Source of the DNA: Halomonas sp. HL-48
GTDB taxonomy: Bacteria; Pseudomonadota; Gammaproteobacteria; Pseudomonadales; Halomonadaceae
Length of the DNA: 64,000 bases
Direction: 5' to 3'
Assembly: GCA_001314875.1 (NCBI GenBank)
Contig: LJZS01000019.1
Location: 276-64,275 of the forward strand
Shown: piece after piece, positions 15,872 to 25,788 of the stretch
How positions within the stretch are numbered: the stretch's first letter is position 1
Layout: each line of letters opens with the position of its first letter
The notes under the pieces: generated by a model
Told to the model about the DNA's origin: nothing
The model's input: only the letters and a program-made list of their open reading frames with translations
Databases searched by the model: none
Position numbers and translations under genes: made by a program

Positions 15872-16726
15872 ATGCCTGAGGATTCCTTTTGGTTGGAGCT
15901 GTTGAGCAACCGTCTGGTGAGCTCGATTGCGCTCGTGGCGATTCTTATAACGCTGCGCATCCTTGCCGTGCGTGTCATTCGCGGACGCCAAGAGATCCTG
16001 TCCGATTACCGGCGCGCCTGGCTGGCCCGGACCCGGAACGCTGCCGTCATTCTTACGTTACTCGGTTTGGCGCTGATCTGGCTGCCGTCCCTACACGCCT
16101 TTGCGCTTTCCATCACCGCCTTCGCCGTGGCCTTGGTGATTGCAACAAAGGAACTGATTCTTTGCCTTTCGGGCACCGTGCTGCGTATCGTCAACCAACC
16201 GTTCGAGATTGGCGACTGGGTCGAAATCGGCGACCTGCGCGGCCAGGTGGTCGACGAAACCATGCTGGCAACGACCCTGCAGGAAATTGGCGGCGCGGTG
16301 GGACGTTTTGAATACTCCGGCAAGACCATCGTGGTGCCCAACAGCATTTTCCTGACCACGCCGATCCAGAATCAGAACTTCTTCAATAAGTGGGTGTATC
16401 TTGAAGTCTGCGTCGTTTTAGAGCCCAACGTGGATATGCGATCCGAACTGCCGGCTCTTGAGGAGGAGGTGGCAGCGCTTCATGCCCCGCATTCCGAATT
16501 GGCCCAACGCTACAGCGAGGTGATCAGAAAACGCAGCGGTATCGATATCGCCGACCCCCATCCCCGCGTGACCCTTTCGACCACGGACATTGGCAAGCAG
16601 CGCATCGGCGTCACGCTTTTCTGCCCCACGCCCAGCGCCTTTGAAATGGAGCACGCCATCAACGACACCGTGCTGCGCCGTTATTGGCATTTGCGCAATA
16701 TGACGAACGCCTCGGCACACGCGTGA
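15872..16726 (+). CDS. MscS-family mechanosensitive channel
   Basis: Three N-terminal TM helices, then FEIGDWVEIGDLRGQVVDE (MscS beta-domain signature). Confidence 0.8.
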   Translation: MPEDSFWLELLSNRLVSSIALVAILITLRILAVRVIRGRQEILSDYRRAWLARTRNAAVILTLLGLALIWLPSLHAFALSITAFAVALVIATKELILCLSGTVLRIVNQPFEIGDWVEIGDLRGQVVDETMLATTLQEIGGAVGRFEYSGKTIVVPNSIFLTTPIQNQNFFNKWVYLEVCVVLEPNVDMRSELPALEEEVAALHAPHSELAQRYSEVIRKRSGIDIADPHPRVTLSTTDIGKQRIGVTLFCPTPSAFEMEHAINDTVLRRYWHLRNMTNASAHA

Positions 16727-17075
16727 CCAGAAACCGCCTGCCTTCATTTGTTATTGATGGCGGTCACGAACCCCACATCGCCTCAAGCATACTTTGTAAT
16801 TTTTATTGCTGTCTGAAGAGATTAGCTGATTGATGTGGGGCATTTGTAGCGTGGTCTCTCGTTTGTTTTAGGTGTGCTGCCGCACGGAACAATTGGATGT
16901 TTCGGTTCAAGCTCATGGAGATCATTTGAAAAGGCGTTGCGCAACAAAACGGCTTTGTGCGTTTACGTAATTTAAATTGGTCATCGCCGATGAAAACCAG
17001 GCAAAGCGTTACGAATGCCATGTGTATTTATCAGTGAATTTTGATGTATCTCGTCACAAGACAGTGAGGTCTTAG

Positions 17076-17549
17076 ATGAACGCTGAAAAGATGAAAAAAG
17101 AAAACGACACAAAGGCTGACCAAGCCACAAATCGCACTAAACAGAAAATTGATCAATCGGTTACTGAGCCTTTACGCGCCTATGGCACACTAACAACCGA
17201 TTATTACGAAAAACTATTCTCAACCCAGTTCGATACTGTTCGCGCGCTTGCAGATAGTAGCTTGGCCCAATCCCGCTCTTGGCTTGACGTGCGGGATGCC
17301 GAAAGCTTTCAAAAAGTCGCTGAAGACCAGCAACAAGCCTTTCGGGAAATAAGCGAGCGGCTGAAGGACGATACCGATAAAATTCGCTCGCTAAGCCAGG
17401 AATTTCTGCAAGAAAGCAAACAGTTAGCAATGGACAACATGCAGGTCAACCGTAAACACCTGGAAGACAATATGCAGCAGGGTAAGAAGCAGGTTGAGGA
17501 CAGCATGCAAAAGAGTAAAGACCAGGCAGAAAAGAGTCAGCAGCACTAA
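17076..17549 (+). CDS. Phasin-family (PHA granule-associated) protein
   Basis: 157-aa helical, Q/E/K-rich protein with YYEKLFSTQFDTVRALAD, similar to phasin_2 proteins. It lies near a PHB depolymerase-family gene (next called CDS, ~740 bp downstream). Confidence 0.55.
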   Translation: MNAEKMKKENDTKADQATNRTKQKIDQSVTEPLRAYGTLTTDYYEKLFSTQFDTVRALADSSLAQSRSWLDVRDAESFQKVAEDQQQAFREISERLKDDTDKIRSLSQEFLQESKQLAMDNMQVNRKHLEDNMQQGKKQVEDSMQKSKDQAEKSQQH

Positions 17550-17616
17550 TACCAGCAATAAATCTACTAGCAAGTCCAAGTAACGTTGCCAATATCACTG
17601 CCAGCTTTATATAACT

Positions 17617-17648
17617 AGACCGTTGCCCCAGGGAAACGGTCTTTTTGT
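17617..17648 (+). terminator. Rho-independent terminator of the phasin gene
   Basis: AGACCGTT-gccccaggga-AACGGTCT followed by TTTTGTTG. Confidence 0.6.
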
Positions 17649-18287
17649 TGCGCGCCAGTCATGGCAAAAGCACCTTGACGGGCACTGTTTATGAGCGTGG
17701 TGACTCAGGGTGACTTTGGTGTGAACGTTACTTAAGAACCCTGATAGCAGTAACCACATCCGGAGAGGAAGATAGTTAAGGCAGAAGGCAATAGTGTCTC
17801 GAGGATCGATCATCATATAGGTTCTGGCGCTAATGATGTAACGCACAGGGACAGTCACAGAAGTTCTCCAGGGCAGGTGCGCCGATTCTACCCCCTCTGG
17901 CCGAAGATCGAGAAAAATTAGAACAGTCGGCCTACGAAGAAAAAGTGACGCCACGATCCTTGCAGCGCACAACGCAACATCCTTGTTTAGGCATTTCCTT
18001 TGCCACGCTTATTCTTAGGATGACCCTTATGACACGTATTCTCTGTGCGCTAGCGAACTCGGCACAAAAAATCGCTAGCTAACCGGCATCATTTACTTGA
18101 TCTTTATCATTTAAATCCTAGTTCAATTTGCTCACTGAAGGCCTTCCAGGCAGAAAACCCCATAGCGACTAAAGTCGCATGTTCGCTTACGCACAGAGAA
18201 ATCTCTGCCTGTCGAATAACATGACGCTTAATGTGTGGTGGAGGAACAGCCCATTGATGGGAGTCACGCCATGCCTCAGGAGATAAG

Positions 18288-19229
18288 TTGATGTTCAATC
18301 TTATGGATCCCAGTGGGTATATGGGCGGAATCAACAGCCATAAAGACCGTCTGGTAGACCTGAAAAAATTTGGGTCAAACCCTGGTGCCTTAAAGGCCAA
18401 GACCTACATACCAGAAGATTTGCCCTCAGACGCTCCACTCGTCGTCGTTTTGCATGGCAGCGATCAGACAGCAAACGAATATAATACGGGTGCCGGTTGG
18501 TCTGATATTGCTGACCTATACGGCGTTGCTTTGCTTTTCCCCGAGCAGCAGCGCATGAACAATTTGATGCTCAGTTTTAATTGGTTCGAACCTGCCGACT
18601 GCCATCGCGGCGCTGGCGAGCCACTCTCCATTCTAAATATGATTGAAAAAGTCGCCAGCGATCATGGCATTGACCGCCAGCGTATCTTCATCACAGGGTT
18701 GTCATCCGGCGGTGCCATGACAGCCGTCATGCTTGCGACTTACCCGGAAATCTTTGCTGGTGGTGCCATTATCGCCGGGTTGCCTTACGGCAGTGCCGAC
18801 ACACTCCCAGCGGCCTTACTGCGAATGAAAGGGCTCGGATCCCCGACAGCGCAACAGCTTGAAACACGGCTACGGGATGCTTCGGAGCACGAAGGCCCTT
18901 GGCCAACACTTTCTGTCTGGCACGGAAGCGGTGACCATACGGTAAATTCCTCGAACGCCAAAGCGATTCTCAGACAGTGGCGAGCGCTTCATGACCTTAA
19001 CCAAACGCCATCCAGCATACACACCGTGAGTGGCTATCCACGCAGAGCCTGGAGTGATGACGAGGGTCGAGAACTCATTGAAGAATTCAGCATTACCGGG
19101 ATGGACCACGGCACACCGTTGAAGACGCATGGTAAAAACAGTTTCGGTTCGAGCGGCGACTACATGCTTGAGGTGAATATCTCTTCCACACACCACATTG
19201 CTGACTTCTGGGGATTGAGTGCAGCATGA
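18288..19229 (+). CDS. PHB depolymerase-family esterase
   Basis: FGSNPGALKAKTYIP, LVVVLHG and GLSSGGAM (nucleophile elbow) are typical of the esterase_PHB family. Confidence 0.75.
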   Translation: MMFNLMDPSGYMGGINSHKDRLVDLKKFGSNPGALKAKTYIPEDLPSDAPLVVVLHGSDQTANEYNTGAGWSDIADLYGVALLFPEQQRMNNLMLSFNWFEPADCHRGAGEPLSILNMIEKVASDHGIDRQRIFITGLSSGGAMTAVMLATYPEIFAGGAIIAGLPYGSADTLPAALLRMKGLGSPTAQQLETRLRDASEHEGPWPTLSVWHGSGDHTVNSSNAKAILRQWRALHDLNQTPSSIHTVSGYPRRAWSDDEGRELIEEFSITGMDHGTPLKTHGKNSFGSSGDYMLEVNISSTHHIADFWGLSAA

Positions 19230-19262
19230 TGCCCGCGATGGGCTAAGCATACGTTCAGCCAT

Positions 19263-19452
19263 ACCACGCCGATCCAGAATCAGAACTTCTTCAAAGAAGT
19301 GGGTGTATTTTTGAAGTCTGCGTCGTTTTAGAGCCCAACGTGGATATACGATCCAAACTGCCAGCCCTTCCAGCCCTTGAGGAGGAGGTGGCATCGCTTC
19401 ATGGCCCAGCATTCCGAATTGGCCCAACGATTCAGCGCGGTGATCAGAAAAC
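19263..19452 (+). pseudogene. Fragment of an mscS paralogue (frameshifted duplicate of 16355-16532)
   Basis: Alignment by eye gives roughly 85-90% identity to the mscS region encoding TTPIQNQNFF...SEVIRK. It carries a 2-nt indel after TTCTTCAA and a 9-nt duplication (CCAGCCCTT). The frame hits TAG after ~20 codons. Confidence 0.6.
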
Positions 19453-19522
19453 ACCAGCCTTCAATTCCTGGCAATGAACACGGTAAGCTTGGCGGCGACA
19501 CCGCCGCTGAGTAACGACCTCA

Positions 19523-20458
19523 ATGACAACATCCCACTGGATACTCGGCCCTGGCGCCATTGGCCGCCTGTTGGCCCATTCGCTCTCGCCTATAGCCGCC
19601 GTCACGCTGATTGGTCGTCGGGCGCTGACTGAGCAACAATGGCTTGCCACACCGGAAGGCGAGCAACGGTCGCAGCTCCTTAATACGTTTACGGTGGCCC
19701 AACTGGCTTCTGAAAAGCATGCGCCACCTGCCTTTGTGCATATCACCACCAAAGCCATGGCGGCTGAAGCGGCGCTTGAGGGCATCGCAAGCGTGATCCC
19801 CCCTTCTACCCCGCTGGTACTTTGGCAGAACGGCTACCTGGCCCAGCCTCGTATTACTCAGGCGTGGACCGGGCCGGTGCTATGCGCGACGACCACGGAA
19901 GGCGCGTATGTAACCGACGATAACGGTGTGGTACATGCGGGGCGCGGAGCGACGTTTATTGGGGATTTACATCATCAGCATGGCGCCCTTTCACAGTCAC
20001 TTGCCGAAACGTTAACGCAGGCCGGGCTTGCCACCACGGCAGTGGCGGATATTCGTCAGCGGCTATGGCAAAAGCTTGCGATAAATGCGGCGATCAACCC
20101 GCTGGTGGCGCTGCATGGGGTGCGCAACGGTGAATTGAGCAGCCAGGCGTATTCAGGCCGGGTACAGGAGGTGGTGAAAGAAGTGGCAGCGATCATGCAG
20201 GCGGAAGGCATTAAGCCGCCAAAGGGTAGGCAAGACGAAGCCGCATGGTTAGTGCTGGTTTGGCAGGTGGTGAAGAACACCGCCCATAACAAGGCGTCGA
20301 TGCTTCAGGACATCGAAGCCAAGCGCCCCACCGAGCGCGGGGCGATCTTGCGGCCATTGATTGAGAGCGCCCAGCGCCATAGCTTGCCGTATGGCGTTCT
20401 ACAGGCGCTGGATACCGATATAGCGACGCTTGAGAACCGCTACGCTCCTAGGCATTAA
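19523..20458 (+). CDS. panE: 2-dehydropantoate 2-reductase
   Basis: ILGPGAIGRLLA Rossmann N-terminus and KASMLQDIEAKRPTE (ApbA/PanE C-terminal motif). Confidence 0.8.
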   Translation: MTTSHWILGPGAIGRLLAHSLSPIAAVTLIGRRALTEQQWLATPEGEQRSQLLNTFTVAQLASEKHAPPAFVHITTKAMAAEAALEGIASVIPPSTPLVLWQNGYLAQPRITQAWTGPVLCATTTEGAYVTDDNGVVHAGRGATFIGDLHHQHGALSQSLAETLTQAGLATTAVADIRQRLWQKLAINAAINPLVALHGVRNGELSSQAYSGRVQEVVKEVAAIMQAEGIKPPKGRQDEAAWLVLVWQVVKNTAHNKASMLQDIEAKRPTERGAILRPLIESAQRHSLPYGVLQALDTDIATLENRYAPRH

Positions 20459-21047
20459 GCCCCAGCACCGGATACAGCGAGGCAATGAGCAGCATGGCCA
20501 TGGCGATATTGAACACCCGGTAGCGCCGGGGGCTGGTCAACCATTGGCGCACCACCAGGCCCAACCACGCCCATATCGAAATCGCGGGGAAACTCACCAT
20601 GGCAAACACACTCGCCACCAGCACGACCGATAGAAACGTATGGTCCGGTGCGTAGAGCGTGATTGCCGAAAGGCACATTGCCCAAGCTTTGGGATTCACC
20701 CACTGAAAGGCAGCAGCCTGCAAAAACGTCATGGGCGTGCCATTTTCATCGCTGGCTTTCAGTGGCGCGGCGTTGGCCACTTTCCACGCCAGCCAAAGCA
20801 GATAGGTAATGGAAACGGCTTGTAACAACGTATTGAGTACCGGGTACGTGTCAAAAAGCGTCATCAACCCGCCGCCTACGACCATTACCATCACGCTCAC
20901 TCCGACCATGATGCCCAGCATATGCGGCAGGGTTCTTTTGAAACCGAAGTTTGCGCCCGACGCCATCAGCATCAGGTTATTGGGTCCGGGGGTTACCGTG
21001 GTCACAAAGGCGAAGGCCATCAAGCCCGCCAGGATGGATGCGTTCAT
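20448..21047 (-). CDS. LysE family exporter
   Basis: VTPGPNNLMLMASG motif. The start at ATG 21047 is preceded by GGAGA. It is divergent from an Lrp-family regulator gene. Confidence 0.8.
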   Translation of the reverse strand: MNASILAGLMAFAFVTTVTPGPNNLMLMASGANFGFKRTLPHMLGIMVGVSVMVMVVGGGLMTLFDTYPVLNTLLQAVSITYLLWLAWKVANAAPLKASDENGTPMTFLQAAAFQWVNPKAWAMCLSAITLYAPDHTFLSVVLVASVFAMVSFPAISIWAWLGLVVRQWLTSPRRYRVFNIAMAMLLIASLYPVLGLNA

Positions 21048-21150
21048 CGGCGCTATCTCCATGCAATGGGTATAGCGTAGAATTTTACGTCCGGATGAGC
21101 GCAATGATGCGCCTAATATCAATGCTTAACGCCAAATAACGCAATAAATC

Positions 21151-21600
21151 ATGAAAATAGACGCTATAGACCAAAGAATATTGCAAGCACTAAAGCGCGA
21201 CGCCAAGGTCAGCAATGTTCAACTTGCCCAACGCGTTGATCTATCGCCCTCGGCATGCCTGCGTCGCGTCCAGGAGCTGGAGAAAAGCGGCGTGATCCGC
21301 GGCTACCGCGTGGTGACCGACCCAGAGCTTATGGGCCGTGGTTTTGCCGCTTACGTGACGGTAGGGTTATCGCTGCACACCAAGGCAGCCCAGGAGGGTT
21401 TTGAGCGCGCGATGCTGGTCGCCAAGGAAGTGGTGGAATGCCATAACATTGCCGGTCCGTTCGAATACCTACTGCGCGTCGAAACGCAAGACTTGGCGAG
21501 CTATAAGCGCTTTCATACAGAGATACTGGGCACCCAGACACACGTCAGCGCCATCTCTACCCATATTGTCATGGGGTCGCCCAAAGACGAGCGGGCATAG
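21151..21600 (+). CDS. Lrp/AsnC family transcriptional regulator
   Basis: MKIDAIDQRILQALKRDAKVSNVQLAQRVDLSPSACLRRVQELEKSGVI is the canonical HTH_AsnC N-terminus. Confidence 0.85.
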   Translation: MKIDAIDQRILQALKRDAKVSNVQLAQRVDLSPSACLRRVQELEKSGVIRGYRVVTDPELMGRGFAAYVTVGLSLHTKAAQEGFERAMLVAKEVVECHNIAGPFEYLLRVETQDLASYKRFHTEILGTQTHVSAISTHIVMGSPKDERA

Positions 21601-21614
21601 CCGCGCTCCCCGGC

Positions 21615-22241
21615 TCACGCCACCGGAATCATCACCACCTTGCGGAAGCTGGGCAATTCAGTGAGTGCTTGATACCACTTTTCCAGGTGTGGGCGTGGCT
21701 GCCAGCTAAGCCCGCAGTTGAGTAGGTTATACACCGATGGCGCGATGGCTATATCGCCCAGGCCACACGCCTCGCCGGAGAACCAGGGCTGTGTGGCAAG
21801 CGCGTCGTCCATCATGCCGAACAACCCTTCGCAGCCCTGCATAGCCGTCTCGATGGCGGCGTGGTCGCGCTGCTCGGGTGGGGTTCTGACATACCCTGCC
21901 AGAATGGCGCGATGCAGGGGCGACAACGCGCCGTTGGACCAGTCCATCCACTTCTCGGCCTGGGCGCGCTTAGCGGGCTCTTCAATCCAGAGCTTGCCCT
22001 GGCCATACTGGGCCGCCAGGTAGCGGATGATGGTGTTGGACTCCCATAGCAGGCTATCGGTGGCCTCGTCGCACAGCAGCGGCACCAGCCCGTTGGGGTT
22101 CATCGCCAAGTACTCTGGGGTCTTGTTGACCCCATGCTGGAGCCCGGCCTGGATCTGCTCATACGGCAAGGCCAGTTCGTCCAGCACCCAGCGCACTTTC
22201 TTGACGTTGGTGGAGTTATCGCGGCCCCAGAGTGTGATCAT
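21615..22241 (-). CDS. Glutathione S-transferase
   Basis: GST N-terminal thioredoxin-like fold ([19 protein letters not shown]) plus a helical C-domain. Confidence 0.8.
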   Translation of the reverse strand: MITLWGRDNSTNVKKVRWVLDELALPYEQIQAGLQHGVNKTPEYLAMNPNGLVPLLCDEATDSLLWESNTIIRYLAAQYGQGKLWIEEPAKRAQAEKWMDWSNGALSPLHRAILAGYVRTPPEQRDHAAIETAMQGCEGLFGMMDDALATQPWFSGEACGLGDIAIAPSVYNLLNCGLSWQPRPHLEKWYQALTELPSFRKVVMIPVA

Positions 22242-22251
22242 GGCAATTCCT

Positions 22252-23154
22252 TTAGGCGTTAGACTCGTTGTCCTGATAAAAGCGCATCAGGCTAGAAAAG
22301 TCGAGCTTGCCGTTGCCGTTGGCCTTGTGGAAGGTGAACAGCGAGCGGGCAGCGGAGCCCATGGGCACCGGCGCGGCGCTTAGCTGGCTGACATCCATGG
22401 CAAGCCCCAAATCTTTGATCATCAAATCGACCTGGAAACCGCCTTGATAGTCTTTCGACGCAGGCGCATTTTCCATTACCCCTGGGTAGGGGTTATACAC
22501 ATTCAGCGCCCAGTTGCCGCCGGAGCTTTGCTTCATGATTTCTGACAGCACCGCCGGGTCCAGGCCATTCTTGACGCCCATGTTGATGGCTTCACAGGTG
22601 CCCGCCATGAGAATCGACAGCAGCATGTTGTTGCACACCTTGGCGATCTGCCCGGCCCCGTGGTCGCCCGCGTGGAAGATGTTCTTGCCCATGGCGTCCA
22701 GCACCGGTTTGGCCTGTTCGAACTGGGCATCCGAGCCGCCGACAATAAACGTCAGCGTGCCCGCCTGGGCGCCGCCCACCCCACCGGACACCGGCGCATC
22801 AACAAAGCCAATGCCCTTTTCGGCGCCGATGGCGGCAACGCTGCGGGCGGTGTCGGCATCGATGGTCGAACAGTCGATCACCAGCGCGCTTGATTTCATG
22901 ACGTTGAACAACGGCGCATCGCCTTCCGCGTACAGGCCCATCACGTGCTTGCCGGCGGGCAGCATGGAGATCACCACGTCGGCGTCTTTCACCGCGTCCT
23001 GGGCGGAGCTTGCCACCTCACAGCCCTGGGATTGTGCGGTGGCAAGCGCGCTTGATGAAAGATCGAAGGCGCGCACCTGAAAGCCTGCCTTGACCAGATT
23101 GGCGGCCATCGGGCCACCCATATTGCCCAAGCCAATAAATGCAACGGTTATCAT
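22252..23154 (-). CDS. mmsB: 3-hydroxyisobutyrate dehydrogenase
   Basis: [24 protein letters not shown] and the overall match to MmsB. It sits in a valine-catabolism context. Confidence 0.85.
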   Translation of the reverse strand: MITVAFIGLGNMGGPMAANLVKAGFQVRAFDLSSSALATAQSQGCEVASSAQDAVKDADVVISMLPAGKHVMGLYAEGDAPLFNVMKSSALVIDCSTIDADTARSVAAIGAEKGIGFVDAPVSGGVGGAQAGTLTFIVGGSDAQFEQAKPVLDAMGKNIFHAGDHGAGQIAKVCNNMLLSILMAGTCEAINMGVKNGLDPAVLSEIMKQSSGGNWALNVYNPYPGVMENAPASKDYQGGFQVDLMIKDLGLAMDVSQLSAAPVPMGSAARSLFTFHKANGNGKLDFSSLMRFYQDNESNA

Positions 23155-23195
23155 GGCGATTGTCCTTGTTGTTGATAGCTATAGGGTCGTTGTAC

Positions 23196-24311
23196 TTAAC
23201 TCAGGTTGGCGAGCGGGTTATTCGCCCAGGGCGGCGTCAGCAGCTCCTCGATGAACGAATCCTCGACGGCGGCCACATCGGGATACGTCCAGTCGGGCTT
23301 GCCGTCCTTGTCTACTAGCAGCGCGCGCACACCTTCGGGGAACTCGCGGTGGCGGCAGCACTGAACCGAGAGTGCCAGCTCCGCCTGGAACACTTCGGCA
23401 AGCGACATATATTTGGCGCGCTTGAGCTGCTCGTCGATCAGCTTGATGGACACCGGGCTACCGTGCGCCAGTGTCTTTTGCGCTTTGGCGAACCATTTAT
23501 CGTCAGTGTTCACCGCACTGATGGCCGCGACAATTTGCTCGACGGTGTCGTGGTCCATCAGTTCACGGATCAGCGGCGAGAATTTATACACCGGCGCCTC
23601 GAGCTCTTCAAATACCGACTGCGAGGCCTGCTCCAGCTCGCGCAGAATGCGATTAACCACCCCGTGGGCGTCGGTCTTCGCGCCCTCACCCCATGTGGCC
23701 TTGGTCAGCGCTTTCGCCATGGCATCGCGCTGGTGGCTGGCAATCGCCCGGTCGGCAAGGCCGAGGTGGACGGCATCCGGCGCGTTGATCTGGCTGCCGG
23801 TCATGGCTAGAAAGCGCCCGGTTCCGTTGGGCAGGCGGTTGAGAAACCAACTGGCCCCCACGTCCGGGTAAAGCCCGATGGTGACCTCAGGCATCGCCAA
23901 ACGCGACGTTTCAGTTACCACGCGGTGGCTGCTCGCACTCAGCAGGCCCATACCGCCGCCCATGACAATGCCGTTCCCCCAGCAGATCACCGGTTTGGGG
24001 TAGGTATGCAGCGCGTAATCCAATCGGTACTCGTTGTCGAAAAAGCGTTCAGGGAAATCCGGGTCGCCCTCGCCCTTGATCGCCTTGTAGAGGTTAACCA
24101 CGTCACCGCCGGCGCAGAAAGCCTTTTCACCGGCGCTGTCCAGCAGCACGGCCACCACGCGTTCGTCGCTTCGCCATTCGGCCAGGCGCGGCAGTATTTC
24201 CTCAATCATGTCCAGCGTCAGCGCGTTGAGCGAGCGCTCGGCATTGAGGGTAATTTCCGCAATGACGTGACCGTCTTGGGTGGGGTGTTCGGCAAACAGT
24301 ACGCTACTCAT
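23196..24311 (-). CDS. 3-hydroxyisobutyryl-CoA hydrolase (enoyl-CoA hydratase/isomerase family)
   Basis: Crotonase fold (FCAGGDV, WGNGIVMGGG) with the long C-terminal extension typical of HIBCH. The start at the internal ATG 24311 is preferred (AAGGA 7 nt upstream). The alternative start is 24365. Confidence 0.8.
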   Translation of the reverse strand: MSSVLFAEHPTQDGHVIAEITLNAERSLNALTLDMIEEILPRLAEWRSDERVVAVLLDSAGEKAFCAGGDVVNLYKAIKGEGDPDFPERFFDNEYRLDYALHTYPKPVICWGNGIVMGGGMGLLSASSHRVVTETSRLAMPEVTIGLYPDVGASWFLNRLPNGTGRFLAMTGSQINAPDAVHLGLADRAIASHQRDAMAKALTKATWGEGAKTDAHGVVNRILRELEQASQSVFEELEAPVYKFSPLIRELMDHDTVEQIVAAISAVNTDDKWFAKAQKTLAHGSPVSIKLIDEQLKRAKYMSLAEVFQAELALSVQCCRHREFPEGVRALLVDKDGKPDWTYPDVAAVEDSFIEELLTPPWANNPLANLS

Positions 24312-24372
24312 CTCACCATCCTTATTCGGGGCAATCACTACAACGATTTGATCAACGACCGGCATTCCGTGC

Positions 24373-25527
24373 TTACAGCTCGGCGGCGCCTTCCGCCAAC
24401 ACGCGGCGTGAAATGATCAGCCGCATGATCTCATTGGTCCCCTCAAGAATACGGTGCACGCGGGTATCACGAACAAAGCGTTCCATTGGGTACTCCTTGA
24501 TATAGCCGTTTCCGCCGTATAGCTGAAGCGCTTCGTCGCACACCTTGAAGCCTACATCGGTGGCAAAGCGTTTGGCCATGGCGCAGTACGCAATCGCATC
24601 GGCGTCCCCGGCATCCAGCTTGGTGGCGGCCAGGCGCACAAGCTGACGCGCGGCGACCAGCTCGGTCACCATGTCAGCCAGACGAAACTGGAGCGCCTGG
24701 AAATCTGCCAGGCGTTTGCCGAACTGCTTGCGTTCGAGCATGTAGGCCCGCGCCTCGTTGATGGCCTGCTGGGCGGTACCGATGGAGCAAGTGGCGATGT
24801 TGATCCGCCCGCCATCCAGGCCTTTCATGGCAATCTTGAAGCCGTCACCCTCGTTACCGAGCATCTGCTGCGCGGGCACCCGCACGTCTTCAAAAGTAAT
24901 CATCCGGGTCGGCTGGCTGTTCCAGCCCATCTTGTCTTCCTTGCGCCCGTAGCTGATGCCCTCTGCGTTGGCATCCACCGCAAAAGCGGACACCCCGGCC
25001 GCGCCCTCGCCGCCGGTGCGCGCCATCACCACCAGCACATCGGTGCTGCCCGCACCGGAAATGAACATCTTGCTGCCGTTGAGCAGAAAATCATCGCCGT
25101 CGCGTCTGGCAGTGGTTTTCAGCGATGCGGCATCCGAGCCCGAGTTGGGTTCGGTCAAACAGTACGAGCCCAGAAGCTCGCCGGTGGCCAGCTTTTCGCC
25201 CCACTGTTCAATCACTTCTGGCGTGCCGAAATCGGCCACCATCCAGGTCACCATGTTATGGATGGTCAGGTATGCCGTGGTCGAGGTACAGCCCATCGAC
25301 AGCTGCTCGAAGATGATGCTGGCATCCAGCCGCGAAAGACCCAGTCCGCCGACGCTTTCAGGGGCATAAAGCGAGCAGAACCCCAGCTCGCCGGCTTTGC
25401 GGATCACCTCGACAGGAAAAAAGGCGTCCCGATCCCACTCGGCGGCGTGGGGGGCCAGTTCCTTCTGGGCAAAGGCGCGGGCCATATCGGCGAACGCAAC
25501 CTGATCTTCACTGAGTTCGAAATTCAT
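24373..25527 (-). CDS. Acyl-CoA dehydrogenase (isobutyryl-CoA dehydrogenase-like)
   Basis: MNFELSEDQ start with GGAGAG upstream. ACAD motifs CLTEPNSGSD and YGGNGY are present. Confidence 0.85.
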   Translation of the reverse strand: MNFELSEDQVAFADMARAFAQKELAPHAAEWDRDAFFPVEVIRKAGELGFCSLYAPESVGGLGLSRLDASIIFEQLSMGCTSTTAYLTIHNMVTWMVADFGTPEVIEQWGEKLATGELLGSYCLTEPNSGSDAASLKTTARRDGDDFLLNGSKMFISGAGSTDVLVVMARTGGEGAAGVSAFAVDANAEGISYGRKEDKMGWNSQPTRMITFEDVRVPAQQMLGNEGDGFKIAMKGLDGGRINIATCSIGTAQQAINEARAYMLERKQFGKRLADFQALQFRLADMVTELVAARQLVRLAATKLDAGDADAIAYCAMAKRFATDVGFKVCDEALQLYGGNGYIKEYPMERFVRDTRVHRILEGTNEIMRLIISRRVLAEGAAEL

Positions 25528-25573
25528 GGCGACTCTCCGGGAACGCGCTAAGGCACTGTCTGCTGTCATTTAG

Positions 25574-25591
25574 TTGACGTTTACGTTAACT
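25574..25591. promoter_or_regulatory. ACGT-N2-ACGT pseudo-palindrome, candidate LiuR (MerR) operator, proximal to the valine block
   Basis: GTTGACGTTTACGTTAAC lies 47 bp upstream of the ACAD start codon. Confidence 0.4.
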
Positions 25592-25697
25592 TATATTTTA
25601 CTTTTACCACAAGCAATCACTTGCTCCCTAGACCTTTGGCGGAAGCTGCTGTGGATTCGTCACGCATGCAGTAACTGGCACCGTCCATGATGCCTGA

Positions 25698-25713
25698 TTA
25701 ACGTCAACGTAAG
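25698..25713. promoter_or_regulatory. Second ACGT-N2-ACGT box, candidate LiuR operator, proximal to liuR
   Basis: TTAACGTCAACGTAAG lies 76 bp upstream of the liuR ATG. Confidence 0.4.
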
Positions 25714-25788
25714 CTTGTTTCCACCTCAGCGGCCGTGTTCCATAGCGGTATATGTCTGGAATAACGCCCTTTTGAGAGAATACCGATC

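Noticed and set aside
15566-15873. Two small minus-strand ORFs: a 39-aa basic peptide (15566-15685) and a 53-aa Cys-rich ORF (15712-15873), downstream of the DGC gene and upstream of and divergent from mscS.
   Set aside because: They are below confident calling length, have no clear Shine-Dalgarno sequence, and I recognise no family. They could be real small proteins but are unsupported here.
17607-18400. ORFs 17607-17972 and 18107-18400 (minus strand) between the phasin and esterase genes.
   Set aside because: They show no motifs and have an unusual composition. The second overlaps the esterase gene start. The ~740-bp gap may hold a decayed gene, but I cannot name one.
18870-19454. 194-aa minus-strand ORF spanning the esterase 3' end and the mscS fragment.
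   Set aside because: It is antisense to a confident CDS, and its 5' portion is simply the reverse complement of the duplicated mscS fragment.
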